DNA of 57,583 nt from an uncultured cyanobacterium (GCA_937951315.1 CALFCG010000071.1:1-57583), one strand, 5' to 3'; shown: positions 1 to 10,403, counted from the first letter of the stretch. Notes: a model not told the origin generated them from the letters alone. A program made the numbers and translations.

Positions 1-568
1 CCTGATCATTGACGACCCCAAAGTCAATCAAAATCAGCTTGTTGTCAATTTCGCGGCGAATCACATTGGCGGGCTTAATATCGCGGTGAATCACCTTTTG
101 CTTGTGAAGATAGTCGAGAACCGGCAGTATTTCTTGGAGAACATCTCTCACCTGGCCTTCGGTTAATGGCCCCGACCGTTTTGCTTCTTTATGCAGGGTG
201 TAGCCACTGATATATTCCTGAACTAGATAGAATTCTTGCCCCATCTCAAAGTAGTCAAGCAAACGCGGAATTTGAGGGTGATTCCCAATTTTGCCCAGGG
301 TTTCGGCTTCGCGCTGAAATAGCTTTTGGCATTGAGCAACATATTGAGGCGTACTCAAGAGTGGCTTCAGCTGTTTAATGACGCAGTCCGGCTGGCCCGG
401 CAGCCCTTTATCGGTGGCCGCAAAGGTCGTACCAAATCCCCCCTTACCCAGCACTCGTGTGGCGCGATAGCGATCGCGTAGCAGCAGGCTTGTACCGCAT
501 GCATGGCACTTCGTCGCCTGCGGGTTATTTTTGGGGTCCATGCAGTCTGAATTTATGCAATAGCTCAT
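1..568 (-). CDS. Ser/Thr protein kinase with N-terminal 4-Cys (Zn-ribbon-like) prefix; truncated by window edge
   Basis: Manual translation from ATG 568: MSYCINSDC...KCHACG...LGKGGFG...VIHRDIKPAN...LIDFG. Not in ORF track. Confidence 0.93.
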   Translation of the reverse strand, partial: MSYCINSDCMDPKNNPQATKCHACGTSLLLRDRYRATRVLGKGGFGTTFAATDKGLPGQPDCVIKQLKPLLSTPQYVAQCQKLFQREAETLGKIGNHPQIPRLLDYFEMGQEFYLVQEYISGYTLHKEAKRSGPLTEGQVRDVLQEILPVLDYLHKQKVIHRDIKPANVIRREIDNKLILIDFGVVNDQ

Positions 569-719
569 GCTGCAATGTCTCTTAATTCATCTGGGCCGTG
601 GTCAATCCCTCACCAAATCTAGTCTGCCCTCTCTCGGACAGCAAAACACATTCTAGGGGTATTCAATGTCACATGCCAACTTCAATGTAGGGCAAATTCT
701 AAGGGGCCGGGGCACCGTT

Positions 720-1985
720 TTACTCTGTCGCTCCTGCCGCTTGGGCCAGAAACTGACCGACTAAATACAGCGAGCCGCACAGCACGTTAGTGCCTGTAGA
801 GAAGGACTGTAGCCCCGTCGCTAAATTAGGATAGCTCTGGCATTGTGTTAACTCAGGACAACGGTCTAGGGCCACAGCCATTAGGCTTGGTAGATCGGCA
901 CTGCTGTGTCCTGGAACAGGCACGAGGGCAAGGCTATCGCCGGGACGCAACAGGGCAGCTAACACAGCGGCATGGTCTTTGGTCGAGAGCATGCCCATGA
1001 GCCAATGAACAGGTGGCTCTAAGCGGTCAACATATTGGCGGAGCGCAAGGGCGGCGGCTTCGTTATGGGCACCATCAAGCAGTAGGGGCTGGCCTTGCCA
1101 TTGGGTCCATTGCAAACGTCCTGGCCAGGTGGCGGTTTTCATCCCCGTTGTAATCGCATCATCTGAGATCTCCCAGCCTTGTTGTCTGAGAACTTGAAGG
1201 GTTGCGATCGCAACTCCTGAATTAACCAACTGCACATCCCCTGGCAAGCTCAAATCGTAAGTCATACCCGCCGCAGTCACCGTCTGTTGATGAGCAGATT
1301 GCGCCAGTAGGACCGCCGGTTGAGGCCACTGGTCCATACAGTTCAACTCTGAAATCCGCTGTCGCACCACCGACTCTGCCTCCTCCGGGAGGGGACCGAC
1401 AACAGCAGCGCCATCTTGCTTCAAGATTCCGGCCTTCTCATAGGCAATATCGGCCAAGGTCGGCCCCAAACGCTGCCAATGGTCCCGGCTAATGGAAGTA
1501 ATCACACTCACCAAAGGCGCATCGCACACATTCGTGGCATCCAGCCGCCCCCCCAACCCCACTTCAATGATGGCAATATCCACAAACTCGAAGCAGCACC
1601 AAGCCGCCGCAGTGATCACTTCAAACTGAGTCGGCGTCGGTTCGGTCACCGCCGCTTCGACTCGTTGCAAAGCCTCATAGAGCAACTCTGCGGCAATGGG
1701 CTGTTGGTTTATACAAATGCGTTCAGTCCAATCCACTAAATGAGGGGACGTATAACGGCCCACCCGATAGCCGGCAGCAGTCAGCACCGAGGACAAATAG
1801 GCACAGACCGACCCTTTACCGTTGGTGCCAGCGACGTGAATAACGGGCGTACGGTGATGCGGATTGCCCAAGGCTTTTAAAAGCTGATGACTGGTCTCTA
1901 AACCCAGATGAATCCCAAACCGCTCATAACGCTCTAGCAATTCATTGATGCTCTGGAGAATAGCTCTATCGTTATCGGGTGTCAT
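720..1985 (-). CDS. folC: Folylpolyglutamate synthase/dihydrofolate synthase
   Basis: HVAGTNGKGS, YTSPHL, EVGLGGRLDATN, DGAHN, GSLYLVG motifs; start moved to ATG 1985. Confidence 0.95.
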   Translation of the reverse strand: MTPDNDRAILQSINELLERYERFGIHLGLETSHQLLKALGNPHHRTPVIHVAGTNGKGSVCAYLSSVLTAAGYRVGRYTSPHLVDWTERICINQQPIAAELLYEALQRVEAAVTEPTPTQFEVITAAAWCCFEFVDIAIIEVGLGGRLDATNVCDAPLVSVITSISRDHWQRLGPTLADIAYEKAGILKQDGAAVVGPLPEEAESVVRQRISELNCMDQWPQPAVLLAQSAHQQTVTAAGMTYDLSLPGDVQLVNSGVAIATLQVLRQQGWEISDDAITTGMKTATWPGRLQWTQWQGQPLLLDGAHNEAAALALRQYVDRLEPPVHWLMGMLSTKDHAAVLAALLRPGDSLALVPVPGHSSADLPSLMAVALDRCPELTQCQSYPNLATGLQSFSTGTNVLCGSLYLVGQFLAQAAGATE

Positions 1986-2180
1986 AAATCTACTTACACC
2001 ATTCACTGACCGTATTGCCCTACCCCCCAATCGCTCACCGTTGAAGGGAGCCCCACCGCCTGTGACCCTTGCCGTCAAAAATCAGGGGGAGAGAAGAACC
2101 ACCAGAATATTATGAGATGTTTGCCAATACCACAGTTACCCACCGCAGAAGACACAATTGCATAGACCCACACAAAACCG

Positions 2181-3137
2181 TTATTCAATCTCTGAGGACG
2201 TCGGTGGCGGCGTATTTCGCTCCCAAAAAATACCGTCAGCAAACCCTTGAATGTGGGGGTTAGACTCTGCGAGCTCTAGACGATGCTCCACCAACAAGCA
2301 GTAGTCTTCATCTTGCTCAATCCCTAAATACCGACGATCTAGTTTTTTGGCCACCACGGAAGTCGTCCCGCTGCCTAAGAATGGATCAAAAACTAAATCC
2401 CCAGGATTACTACTGGCGAGTAGAAGTTTAGCCATCAGCTTCTCGCTTTTTTGGGTGGGATGATCGGTATTCTCCGGCATCGACCAAAACGGGATCGTGA
2501 TATCGGTCCAGAGGTTTGAAGGATGGGTGTCGCGAAACTTACCGCTGGCGGTGGTCTGCCAGTCCTTAGGGTCACCATTGGCATCACGATAGGGCGCAAT
2601 CACCCGCCGCCGGACCTTAACAGCATCTGCATGGAACGTATAGTCATTGGAGACGGTACAGAACCACAGGTCTTCGCTGGCATTTTTCCAGTTGGCTTTG
2701 GCTCCTCTGCCTTTCTCGCGTTCCCAGGTGATTCGGTTGCGAACGATCAGGTGTTCAGAGGCAACGGAAAAAATAGAAGCAGAAGAGAACCAATCGCCGC
2801 AGATATAAACGGTGGCGGTGGTTTTTAGAAGGGGCAGCAAGGTCACAATTAACCGTTCGAGCCAATCGGAATAATCAGCAACGGAGCGCTTCGCAAACTT
2901 TTTGCCGTTGAAGCTCTTGGACAGGTTGTAGGGGGGATCCAAGATCAGCAAGTCAACGCAGGCCGGAGGAAGCTGAGGAGCGATCTGGAGACAGTCTCCT
3001 TGCAGGGTGCCGGTTAAATCCTTGAGCGTTGTGGGATCTTGAATCAGACGGGGCAAGAGGCGGTTGCGATCGCAACTCTCCAGCGTCAAGGTCCGGTTCA
3101 TCGGAGCCCGTTGCTTTCCGGTCGGCGTAGACGTCAT
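2181..3137 (-). CDS. Orphan site-specific DNA amino-methyltransferase (N4/N6, beta class)
   Basis: DPPY catalytic motif precedes HPTQK and DPFLGSGTT SAM-binding motif. Confidence 0.92.
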   Translation of the reverse strand: MTSTPTGKQRAPMNRTLTLESCDRNRLLPRLIQDPTTLKDLTGTLQGDCLQIAPQLPPACVDLLILDPPYNLSKSFNGKKFAKRSVADYSDWLERLIVTLLPLLKTTATVYICGDWFSSASIFSVASEHLIVRNRITWEREKGRGAKANWKNASEDLWFCTVSNDYTFHADAVKVRRRVIAPYRDANGDPKDWQTTASGKFRDTHPSNLWTDITIPFWSMPENTDHPTQKSEKLMAKLLLASSNPGDLVFDPFLGSGTTSVVAKKLDRRYLGIEQDEDYCLLVEHRLELAESNPHIQGFADGIFWERNTPPPTSSEIE

Positions 3138-3213
3138 GTTCTGAAGCGAAAGACTAAAGGCTAGGATAGATCTGTTTTGGTGCCAATACCGTTCCTATCC
3201 AACGATACAGTCT

Positions 3214-4413
3214 ATGCGTAAGCCCGTTCTCACCATTTTTTATCAATTTAATCCCTGGAACACCACGATTGGCGGCATTCAGACCATCATCATCAACTTT
3301 ATTAAATACGCACCCCCAGAATTCGACGTTCGACTCGTGGGGACAGGGGTAGACCCCAAAGAGCCGTTGGGGCAGTGGCAAGAGACAGAACTGGCCGGTC
3401 GTAAGCTCTCATTTTTACCGCTGATTCTGGTTGAGAATGATGATGTACGGGGCTTAATCCCCACAACCTTGCGCTACACCGGGGCATTGCTGAAACGGAA
3501 CTTCGCCTCAGATTTTATGCATTTCCACCGCATCGAACCGACGCTGGTGACGTTTAAGTGGAAAGGGGACAAAACCCTGGTCATTCACAACGACATCGAA
3601 GAGCAAATGTCCGGCTCGGGGGGGGATAAAGGCTCGATTCTATGGCGCTATTTGCCGTCGGTCTACTTTCGGCTAGAGAAGATATTGGTGGGACAGTTTG
3701 CTGAAATTCTGTCCTGCAATTCTAATTCCTGTCAGTTTTATCGGGATCGCTACCCCGAGATTGCCGATCGCATCACCTTTTACCAAAACACCGTCGATCC
3801 TGAGATCTTTTACCCATTGCCATCAGAGCAGCGCGCCACAGCACGCCAAGCCTTTGCCAAGGAACGCAACTTGCCTGAGGATACGCGCTTTCTATTATTT
3901 GCAGGTCGTCTCCATCCCCAAAAGGATCCGGTCCTGCTGATCCAGACGGTGGCGGCTCTGAAGGATCCCAGCGTGCATCTATTCATGGCGGGGGATGGCG
4001 AACTCCTCCCAGCAGTTCAGGCTGAGATTGAGCGTCTCGGCTTATCCAACCAAGTCACACTCCTGGGGACTTTAGGCGGCGAACAGCTTGCGGAGTTCTA
4101 TCGGATTTGCCATAGTTTTGTCCTCTCCAGCGTTTATGAGGGACTGCCGCTGACGGTTTTAGAGGCGCTGGCCTGTGGTGCCCCAGTGGTAACAACGGAT
4201 TGTGGAGAGACACCGAATCTGTTAACACCTGAATCTGGTGTCGTCGCAAAAGAGCGGACGGGGGATGCGATCGCAACCTCTCTCAAACAAATTCTCGATG
4301 CACCGGAGGCTTATCCAGCTGAAGCCTGTATCAAAGTGGCACAGCCTTCCAGAGCGGATGAGGTCATCGCCAGAATCTACAGTCAAATGCTCGAACGCTG
4401 GCAACCCGAATAA
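3214..4413 (+). CDS. Glycosyltransferase family 4
   Basis: GGIQ, FAGRL..QK, EGLPLTVLEA (ExxxxxxxE) motifs. Confidence 0.93.
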   Translation: MRKPVLTIFYQFNPWNTTIGGIQTIIINFIKYAPPEFDVRLVGTGVDPKEPLGQWQETELAGRKLSFLPLILVENDDVRGLIPTTLRYTGALLKRNFASDFMHFHRIEPTLVTFKWKGDKTLVIHNDIEEQMSGSGGDKGSILWRYLPSVYFRLEKILVGQFAEILSCNSNSCQFYRDRYPEIADRITFYQNTVDPEIFYPLPSEQRATARQAFAKERNLPEDTRFLLFAGRLHPQKDPVLLIQTVAALKDPSVHLFMAGDGELLPAVQAEIERLGLSNQVTLLGTLGGEQLAEFYRICHSFVLSSVYEGLPLTVLEALACGAPVVTTDCGETPNLLTPESGVVAKERTGDAIATSLKQILDAPEAYPAEACIKVAQPSRADEVIARIYSQMLERWQPE

Positions 4414-4462
4414 CCAGAGAAATTACAAGATCAAGAACAACCGCAGCCCAGCCAGAGGCTTG

Positions 4463-4810
4463 CTATGCAGCACGGCTTTTGAACTGGGCATAGAGTTCTT
4501 TGGGCGCTACATCAAAGTATTTCAAAAAAGCAGGGCATAGCCATCCTTCCTTTTCTAAAGCTGAGGCAGCATACCAATTGCCTCCAAACTCTTCGCGCTG
4601 CCACTCAAACTTCACTTGGCATCCCGGAAAGGGGTTTGCAGAGAACAAGAGGCTAAACCCCGATTCTGCATTGGGCAGATCAACAACCATCTGATCAATA
4701 ATCGTGTCGGCTCCTGCGACAAATGGTTCTTGCACCAAGCCGACTTTTTCGTCGTCAAACACCCACATCCCTTCGTATTTATAGGGATGGATAACCATCA
4801 TTGCGTTCAT
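4463..4810 (-). CDS. DUF6717-like conserved hypothetical protein
   Basis: WVFDD..GL..EPFVAGAD and GWLCPA..KYF pattern; start at ATG 4810. Confidence 0.75.
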   Translation of the reverse strand: MNAMMVIHPYKYEGMWVFDDEKVGLVQEPFVAGADTIIDQMVVDLPNAESGFSLLFSANPFPGCQVKFEWQREEFGGNWYAASALEKEGWLCPAFLKYFDVAPKELYAQFKSRAA

Positions 4811-5003
4811 ATCAGCCCTTCTTGCAGGATAAAACAAGCATTCTCAGCTTTGATTCTATCGATTTAGAGATCAGGAACGTTCCCAAGGTCCAAACAATAT
4901 AAATTGCAAGAATAAAAATCTGTTGCCAAACTCGCAACATAGCTGTGAGGGTTGCGTGCGATGCATCATACTCATCAGCAGAGTCACCCATACCAGTATT
5001 GCT

Positions 5004-8000
5004 ATGCGTTTGCTAAGCCCTCATTTTTCGTTACTGCTGCTGTTATCAACCTTTGTGATCTTTTATATCCCCTTAAGTGAGAAGGCTAGGGCCACTCCTG
5101 ACTTTAATACTCAAGAAACAGCATTCAGGAAAAGTGCTCTAGATTTTAGCGATGAGCGAAAGGCCAAAAAGACGGCCCCTCCCCTGATAACGCAAACCCC
5201 TTCAGACGAGATGAAGCAGCAATTGATCATTGAAGCTGAACAGTTACACCAACAATCCAAACAACTATCCCAACAGGGGCGCATCTCAGAAGCCATACCA
5301 ATATCAGTAAGCGCCCTGAGTATGCTTGAAAAAGCAGTCGGGAAAGAGCACCTTGCTGTCGCCACCATCCTCTACAACTTAGCCGGGTTGTACAAATCTC
5401 AGGGCCTCTATGCTAAAGCCGAACCGCTTTACCAACGTGCACTTGATATTGAGGAAAAAGCACTCGGGAAAGAACACCCTGATGTCGCAAACAGCCTCAA
5501 TAACTTGGCAGAGGTCTATCGTTCCCAGGGTCTCTTTGACCAAGCCAACCCCCTCTATATACGCGCATTGAGTATTCAGGAAAAAGCACTCGGAAAGACA
5601 CACCCCTCTGTCGCAACCGGCCTCAATAACTTGGCACTTTCGTACAGCACTCAGGTTTTCTACTCTAAAGCCGAGCCTCTCTACCAACGTGCACTTCATA
5701 TTTATACAGCAGCGATTGGGAAAGAACACCCTCTTTTCGCCAACAGCCTCAACAACTTGGCCAGTTTGTATAAGTCTCAGGGGCTCTACTCCAAAGCCAC
5801 TCCCTTGTACCAGCAAGCACTGGGTATACGAGAAAATGCACTCGGGAAAGAACACCCTGATGTCGCAACTAGCCTCAACGATTTGGCACTGTTGTACATC
5901 ACGCAGGGACTCCATACAAAAGCCGAACCTCTCTTACAAAGAGCACTCAGTATCCGAGAAAATACGCTCGGGGAAGAACACCCCTTGGTCGCAGGCAGCC
6001 TCAGCAACTTGGCAGGTCTGTACCACTCTCAGGGTTTCTATACCAAAGCTATCTCCCTCTACCAAAAAGCAGTGAGTACACAAGAAAATGCACTCGGGAA
6101 AGAACACCCTGATGTCGCAAACAGCCTCAACAACTTGGCACATGTATACAAATCGCAAGCTCTCTATTCCAAAGCCGAGCCCCTCTTCCAAAGAGCATTA
6201 GATATTGATGAAAAAGCGCTCGGGAAAGAACACCCTACATTCGCAACCAAGCTCAACAACTTAGCAGACTTGTACATCACTCAGGGTCTCTATTCCAAAG
6301 CCGAACCCCTATGCCAACGTGCACTGAATATACGGAAGAATGCGCTTGGGGAAGAACACCCTGATGTTGCAAACAGCCTCAACAACTTGGGCGTCATATA
6401 CACCTTTCAACAGCTCGAGACCAAAGCTGAACCCCTATTCCAACGCGCACTGGACATACAAGAAAATGTGCTTGGGAAAACACACCCTGATGTCAAACAA
6501 AGCCTTACAAATTTGGCAAGCTTGCACCACTCCCAGGGAAATCTATCCCTTGCCCATCAATTCTACGCTCGTGCTGCCGATATCGAAGAACGGAATCTAG
6601 GCTTAACACTCTCCACTATCTCTGAAGCTAGAAAACGAGCCTACATCACGACTCTATCAGGTACAACCAATGCATCCATCTCTCTCAGTCTCAAGGACGC
6701 TCCTCAGTCCCTTCCCTCAGCCCAACTCGCCCTCAACACCATTTTGCGACGTAAGGGACGAGTCCTCGCCTCTCTCACGAATACATTCCAAACACTAAAA
6801 CAGAATTTAGACCCTGCAGATCGTCCCCTGTTTGATCAACTCTCAGACATTCGTGCTCAACAGGCAGCTCTCACATTCCAAAGACCGGGACCACTCTCAC
6901 CCAAGCAACATCAAACCATCCTCAATCAACTCAAAACCCAGGAAGAGGGGCTGGAAAATCAACTGGCTCGAAAGAGTTTCGACTTTCAAGTCGAAACTCA
7001 ACCCGTTACTGTTGCAACCGTCCAACAACACATTCCCCAAGAAACAGCCCTAGTCGAACTGGTTAAATACAAACCCTTCGATTTACAAGCGAGTAAGCGC
7101 GAATTTCAATGGGGAAAAACCCACTATGCAGCCTACATCCTTCGATCAGATGGTGACCTGCAGTGGGTCAACCTCGGAGAAGCCCACCCCATCGACCAAG
7201 CTGTTACACAATTTCGCCAAGCCCTCAAGTCAGACACCTCTGATATCAGACCCATTGCCAGAAAACTCGATCAGCAGCTCATGCAGCCCATTCGAGCCAA
7301 GCTGGGCGATACAAAACAACTTTTGCTCTCCCCCGATAGCCAACTCAACTTGATTCCCTTTGCTGCCCTCGTCGATGAGAACAATCAATATCTCGTTGAG
7401 AACTACGACATCACCTACCTATCATCAGGGCGGGATTTGCTGAAGCTAGATCCCACAGTCCAGACTAAACAGGAACTCCAAGCCCCAGTCATTATTGCCA
7501 ATCCTGATTACCAACAAGCAGGAACACCAAAGATAGCAGCAGCTCAAAAAAGTGATAATCGCAGCTCACGAGACTTAAACCTTACGTTTGGCCCCCTTCC
7601 TGGAACGAAAAAAGAAGCAGAGCAGCTTCACAAGCTCCTACCAAAATCAACCGTGCTAACAGATGCCCAGGCGACAGAGAATGCCCTCAAGCAAATCCAA
7701 TCACCAGAAATACTGCATATTGCCACCCACGGATTCTTTCTTGAAACTGATCTAGAGGCAGCTCCTGATCCTGACGCCAATCGAGGCAGCATTAACGTTA
7801 TAGCCAAGGAAAACCCACAACCCCAGCAGCAAAAAAACAACGAAAACCCGCTCTTGCGTTCAGGACTGGCGTTGGCTGGAGCCAATCCCCGTAAAAGTGG
7901 AACAGAAGACGGTATTTTTACAGCCTTAGAAGCAACGGGCTTGGATTTAAGAGGCACTAAACTGGTGGTGCTTTCAGCCTGTGAAACGGGATTAGGAGAT

Positions 8001-8267
8001 ATTGCCAACGGAGAAGGGGTTTATGGCCTCAGAAGAGCCTTTGTGATGACAGGCGCTGAGAGTCAAGTTCTCAGTCTATGGAAAGTCAGTGATGAGGGTA
8101 CCAAAGACCTGATGGCGAGCTACTATCAGCGACTGCTCAACAAAGAAGGACGTAGTGAAGCGATGAGAAACACTCAACTCACGATGCTCAAGAATGCCAA
8201 GTATCAACATCCTTTCTATTGGGCAGCGTTCATTCCTTCAGGGGATTGGAAACCAATGGTGCAGTAA
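5004..8267 (+). CDS. TPR (42-aa kinesin-light-chain type) plus CHAT (caspase-like) domain protein with hydrophobic N-terminus
   Basis: About 10 HPxVAxSLNNLA repeats; HIATHG and LSACETG catalytic motifs; HPFYWAAF C-terminus. Confidence 0.93.
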   Translation: MRLLSPHFSLLLLLSTFVIFYIPLSEKARATPDFNTQETAFRKSALDFSDERKAKKTAPPLITQTPSDEMKQQLIIEAEQLHQQSKQLSQQGRISEAIPISVSALSMLEKAVGKEHLAVATILYNLAGLYKSQGLYAKAEPLYQRALDIEEKALGKEHPDVANSLNNLAEVYRSQGLFDQANPLYIRALSIQEKALGKTHPSVATGLNNLALSYSTQVFYSKAEPLYQRALHIYTAAIGKEHPLFANSLNNLASLYKSQGLYSKATPLYQQALGIRENALGKEHPDVATSLNDLALLYITQGLHTKAEPLLQRALSIRENTLGEEHPLVAGSLSNLAGLYHSQGFYTKAISLYQKAVSTQENALGKEHPDVANSLNNLAHVYKSQALYSKAEPLFQRALDIDEKALGKEHPTFATKLNNLADLYITQGLYSKAEPLCQRALNIRKNALGEEHPDVANSLNNLGVIYTFQQLETKAEPLFQRALDIQENVLGKTHPDVKQSLTNLASLHHSQGNLSLAHQFYARAADIEERNLGLTLSTISEARKRAYITTLSGTTNASISLSLKDAPQSLPSAQLALNTILRRKGRVLASLTNTFQTLKQNLDPADRPLFDQLSDIRAQQAALTFQRPGPLSPKQHQTILNQLKTQEEGLENQLARKSFDFQVETQPVTVATVQQHIPQETALVELVKYKPFDLQASKREFQWGKTHYAAYILRSDGDLQWVNLGEAHPIDQAVTQFRQALKSDTSDIRPIARKLDQQLMQPIRAKLGDTKQLLLSPDSQLNLIPFAALVDENNQYLVENYDITYLSSGRDLLKLDPTVQTKQELQAPVIIANPDYQQAGTPKIAAAQKSDNRSSRDLNLTFGPLPGTKKEAEQLHKLLPKSTVLTDAQATENALKQIQSPEILHIATHGFFLETDLEAAPDPDANRGSINVIAKENPQPQQQKNNENPLLRSGLALAGANPRKSGTEDGIFTALEATGLDLRGTKLVVLSACETGLGDIANGEGVYGLRRAFVMTGAESQVLSLWKVSDEGTKDLMASYYQRLLNKEGRSEAMRNTQLTMLKNAKYQHPFYWAAFIPSGDWKPMVQ
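5335..6595 (+). repeat. Intragenic tandem repeat, 126-bp unit, about 10 copies (TPR)
   Basis: 41-bp block GCACTCGGGAAAGAACACCCTGATGTCGCAAACAGCCTCAA identical at 5460 and 6090 (5x126 apart); boundaries approximate. Confidence 0.9.
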
Positions 8268-8502
8268 CTTTATCGAACACGATAGTAGGATTCTCTCTTT
8301 CCTTAGATATTGGATTTTGAATCTAGCCTGGGTATATTCTCCGTGCCTTGCAACAAAGAACAACAATCACACTCCAAACCTACGGATTGGGAGTGAAGCA
8401 TCTTCCAGACCCCGTCTGCTTGCAACAGGGGCATTGATTCATAAGGGAAGCATCGTTACAACCCTCAAGGAAACACGGGAAAATCTCTAGAAAAAAGTGG
8501 GC

Positions 8503-8526
8503 ATTATTTTTATATACAAAAATAAT
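8503..8526. promoter_or_regulatory. AT-rich inverted repeat, candidate operator
   Basis: ATTATTTTT-ATATAC-AAAAATAAT, perfect 9-bp arms. Confidence 0.35.
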
Positions 8527-8543
8527 ATCCAATCATTTTAAAT

Positions 8544-8624
8544 ATGGGGTTTAGACCAGTATTGTTTATTTCTCTACTTTCACTCTTTTTGAGCCTTGGA
8601 ATTTCTCTGATATTTGCCATTTAG
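8544..8624 (+). CDS. Putative 26-aa single-helix membrane peptide
   Basis: MGFRPVLFISLLSLFLSLGISLIFAI*; no homology evidence. Confidence 0.25.
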   Translation: MGFRPVLFISLLSLFLSLGISLIFAI

Positions 8625-8678
8625 CCCTCAACAGCAGAGCCATCCAAGCGCCTGACACTATCCGCTCTCACGCTTGAA

Positions 8679-10190
8679 CTATGAAGACGGCAGCTTATGC
8701 GCTTTGATCTGAGTCACTTCTGCCAATAGGTTAGTGGTCAATGCATGAACATGGGCAACATCATAATGCGGCTGCTCTCCCGACACCGGCGCAACAGAAC
8801 GTTGAGACTGGCGCCCCACCAGCAAATATGAATTCATCACTCCCCAACCTTTGAGCTTGACGGGACCTCGACTCTGGAAGACATACTGGTTTCTAACGCG
8901 CAAATAGGTCGATTCAGTCACATGAATCTGGTTAATCACCCCGTGAGATTCCATTCGACTGGCAATGTTTACCGCATCTCCCCACAGGTCATAGCTAAAT
9001 TTGTGCAAGCCAATCACACCCGCAACCACTGGACCAGTGTTAACACCAATTCTGAGCTGAAAAGGTTGACCATCAGGACGGCGAAAACGTTGAATAGCCC
9101 GCTGCATTTCGAGAGCCATTTCCAGCACACTTTCTGCGTGATCCACGCGACTCATGGTGACACCCCCTGCCACCATATAGGCATCTCCAATGGTTTTGAT
9201 TTTCTCTAGGCCATACTGCTCCGCTAAAAAATCAAACGTCGAGAAAATAGCGTTGAGTTGTTTGACGAGTTGGGCTGGCGTGATTTGAGTGGAGAGGCTC
9301 GTAAAGTTTACGATATCGGCAAAAAGGATCGTGGCCTCTTGGCATCGCGAGGCAATCGCACCGGGATCTTCCTTAAGCTTGTCGGCAATGGTGGCGGGCA
9401 AAATGTTGAGCAGCAAGCGCTCTGACTTTTCTTTTTCAGAACGAAGATTAGATTCAGCCTGTTTGCGATCGCAAATCTCCATCCGCGCCCGATGAAACAT
9501 CTGATGGAACGCAACGGCGACATCTCCCAACTCATCCGAGCGATCGAGAGACTTACTCGCAAACTGCGGCAGTTGATTTTCACTCACTTTCTCTCCGGCT
9601 AACTCAACGTCATCCCGCAGCTCCACAATCGGAGTAATCAGCAGCCGTTCTAAAACCCGAATCATCAACAACGTCACACAGGCAGACAAGAGGACCACAA
9701 CCCCCACCGTCCGTAACGCAAAGAACAGCATCGCCTGCCGCAAATGGGACGCATCATGACGAATGACCAGCACATACTGATCCTGGAACATCCGCTGCGG
9801 CCAAGAAATATCGTAACGATTCCCTGCTCGAAGCCGAATGACTTGATCTCCCACCAGCTCAGCAGTGGCAATTTGAGGCGCATCACCAAAGGTATCAAGC
9901 TGCTTGCCGTCTGGGCTAAACAGCGTCCCGCCCAAAATCACCGAGTCGGGCTTCAGCCGCTCTTGGGCTCGATCTAACAGAGCCGTCGAAGCCACATCCG
10001 TCATCACATCGACCTTAACCGTTGTTAAAACCTCTGAAGACAAGGTTTCCAACTGTTGCAGGAGTTCTCTCTCTCGATAGATATAGGCCGGAATAAACAG
10101 AACACCCTCAATGGCCACAATACAGAAGAAAATTGAGGACACAATGCGGCGAGATAGGCGCGAGTTCAGCAAGCCAAGCGACAACTTCAT
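8679..10190 (-). CDS. Membrane class III adenylate cyclase (2 TM, HAMP, cyclase domain)
   Basis: LFADIVNFT, KTIGDAYM, YDLWGDAVNIASRMES; K/D specificity residues point to ATP as substrate. Confidence 0.93.
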   Translation of the reverse strand: MKLSLGLLNSRLSRRIVSSIFFCIVAIEGVLFIPAYIYRERELLQQLETLSSEVLTTVKVDVMTDVASTALLDRAQERLKPDSVILGGTLFSPDGKQLDTFGDAPQIATAELVGDQVIRLRAGNRYDISWPQRMFQDQYVLVIRHDASHLRQAMLFFALRTVGVVVLLSACVTLLMIRVLERLLITPIVELRDDVELAGEKVSENQLPQFASKSLDRSDELGDVAVAFHQMFHRARMEICDRKQAESNLRSEKEKSERLLLNILPATIADKLKEDPGAIASRCQEATILFADIVNFTSLSTQITPAQLVKQLNAIFSTFDFLAEQYGLEKIKTIGDAYMVAGGVTMSRVDHAESVLEMALEMQRAIQRFRRPDGQPFQLRIGVNTGPVVAGVIGLHKFSYDLWGDAVNIASRMESHGVINQIHVTESTYLRVRNQYVFQSRGPVKLKGWGVMNSYLLVGRQSQRSVAPVSGEQPHYDVAHVHALTTNLLAEVTQIKAHKLPSS

Positions 10191-10301
10191 AGGATTACAG
10201 AACCTGCTTGGGCCATTCTGAGGCGTTAGCGACGTAAGGTCGAAGCGTGATTTTCACAGCAAAATATACAATTACCATAACGGATCGAGCGACTGCACTA
10301 C

Positions 10302-10317
10302 TGTGATACCTATCACC
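10302..10317. promoter_or_regulatory. Candidate CRP (SyCRP1-type) box
   Basis: TGTGA-TACCTA-TCACC, 1 mismatch to TGTGA-N6-TCACA. Confidence 0.5.
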
Positions 10318-10403
10318 TCCGATCACAACACTTGTGCCATGATGCTCATAAAGTTAACGAAAGTTGCGATCGCAAACCAAAGTAGCCCCCTCTTCCAGCC
10401 TCT

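Noticed and set aside
1986-2180. Possible folate riboswitch or N-terminal extension upstream of folC
   Set aside because: No recognisable riboswitch consensus; the extension does not look like FolC
5379-6600. Repetitive alternative-frame and antisense ORFs, and possible CRISPR-like periodicity
   Set aside because: Shadows of the 126-bp TPR coding repeat; no repeat-spacer structure
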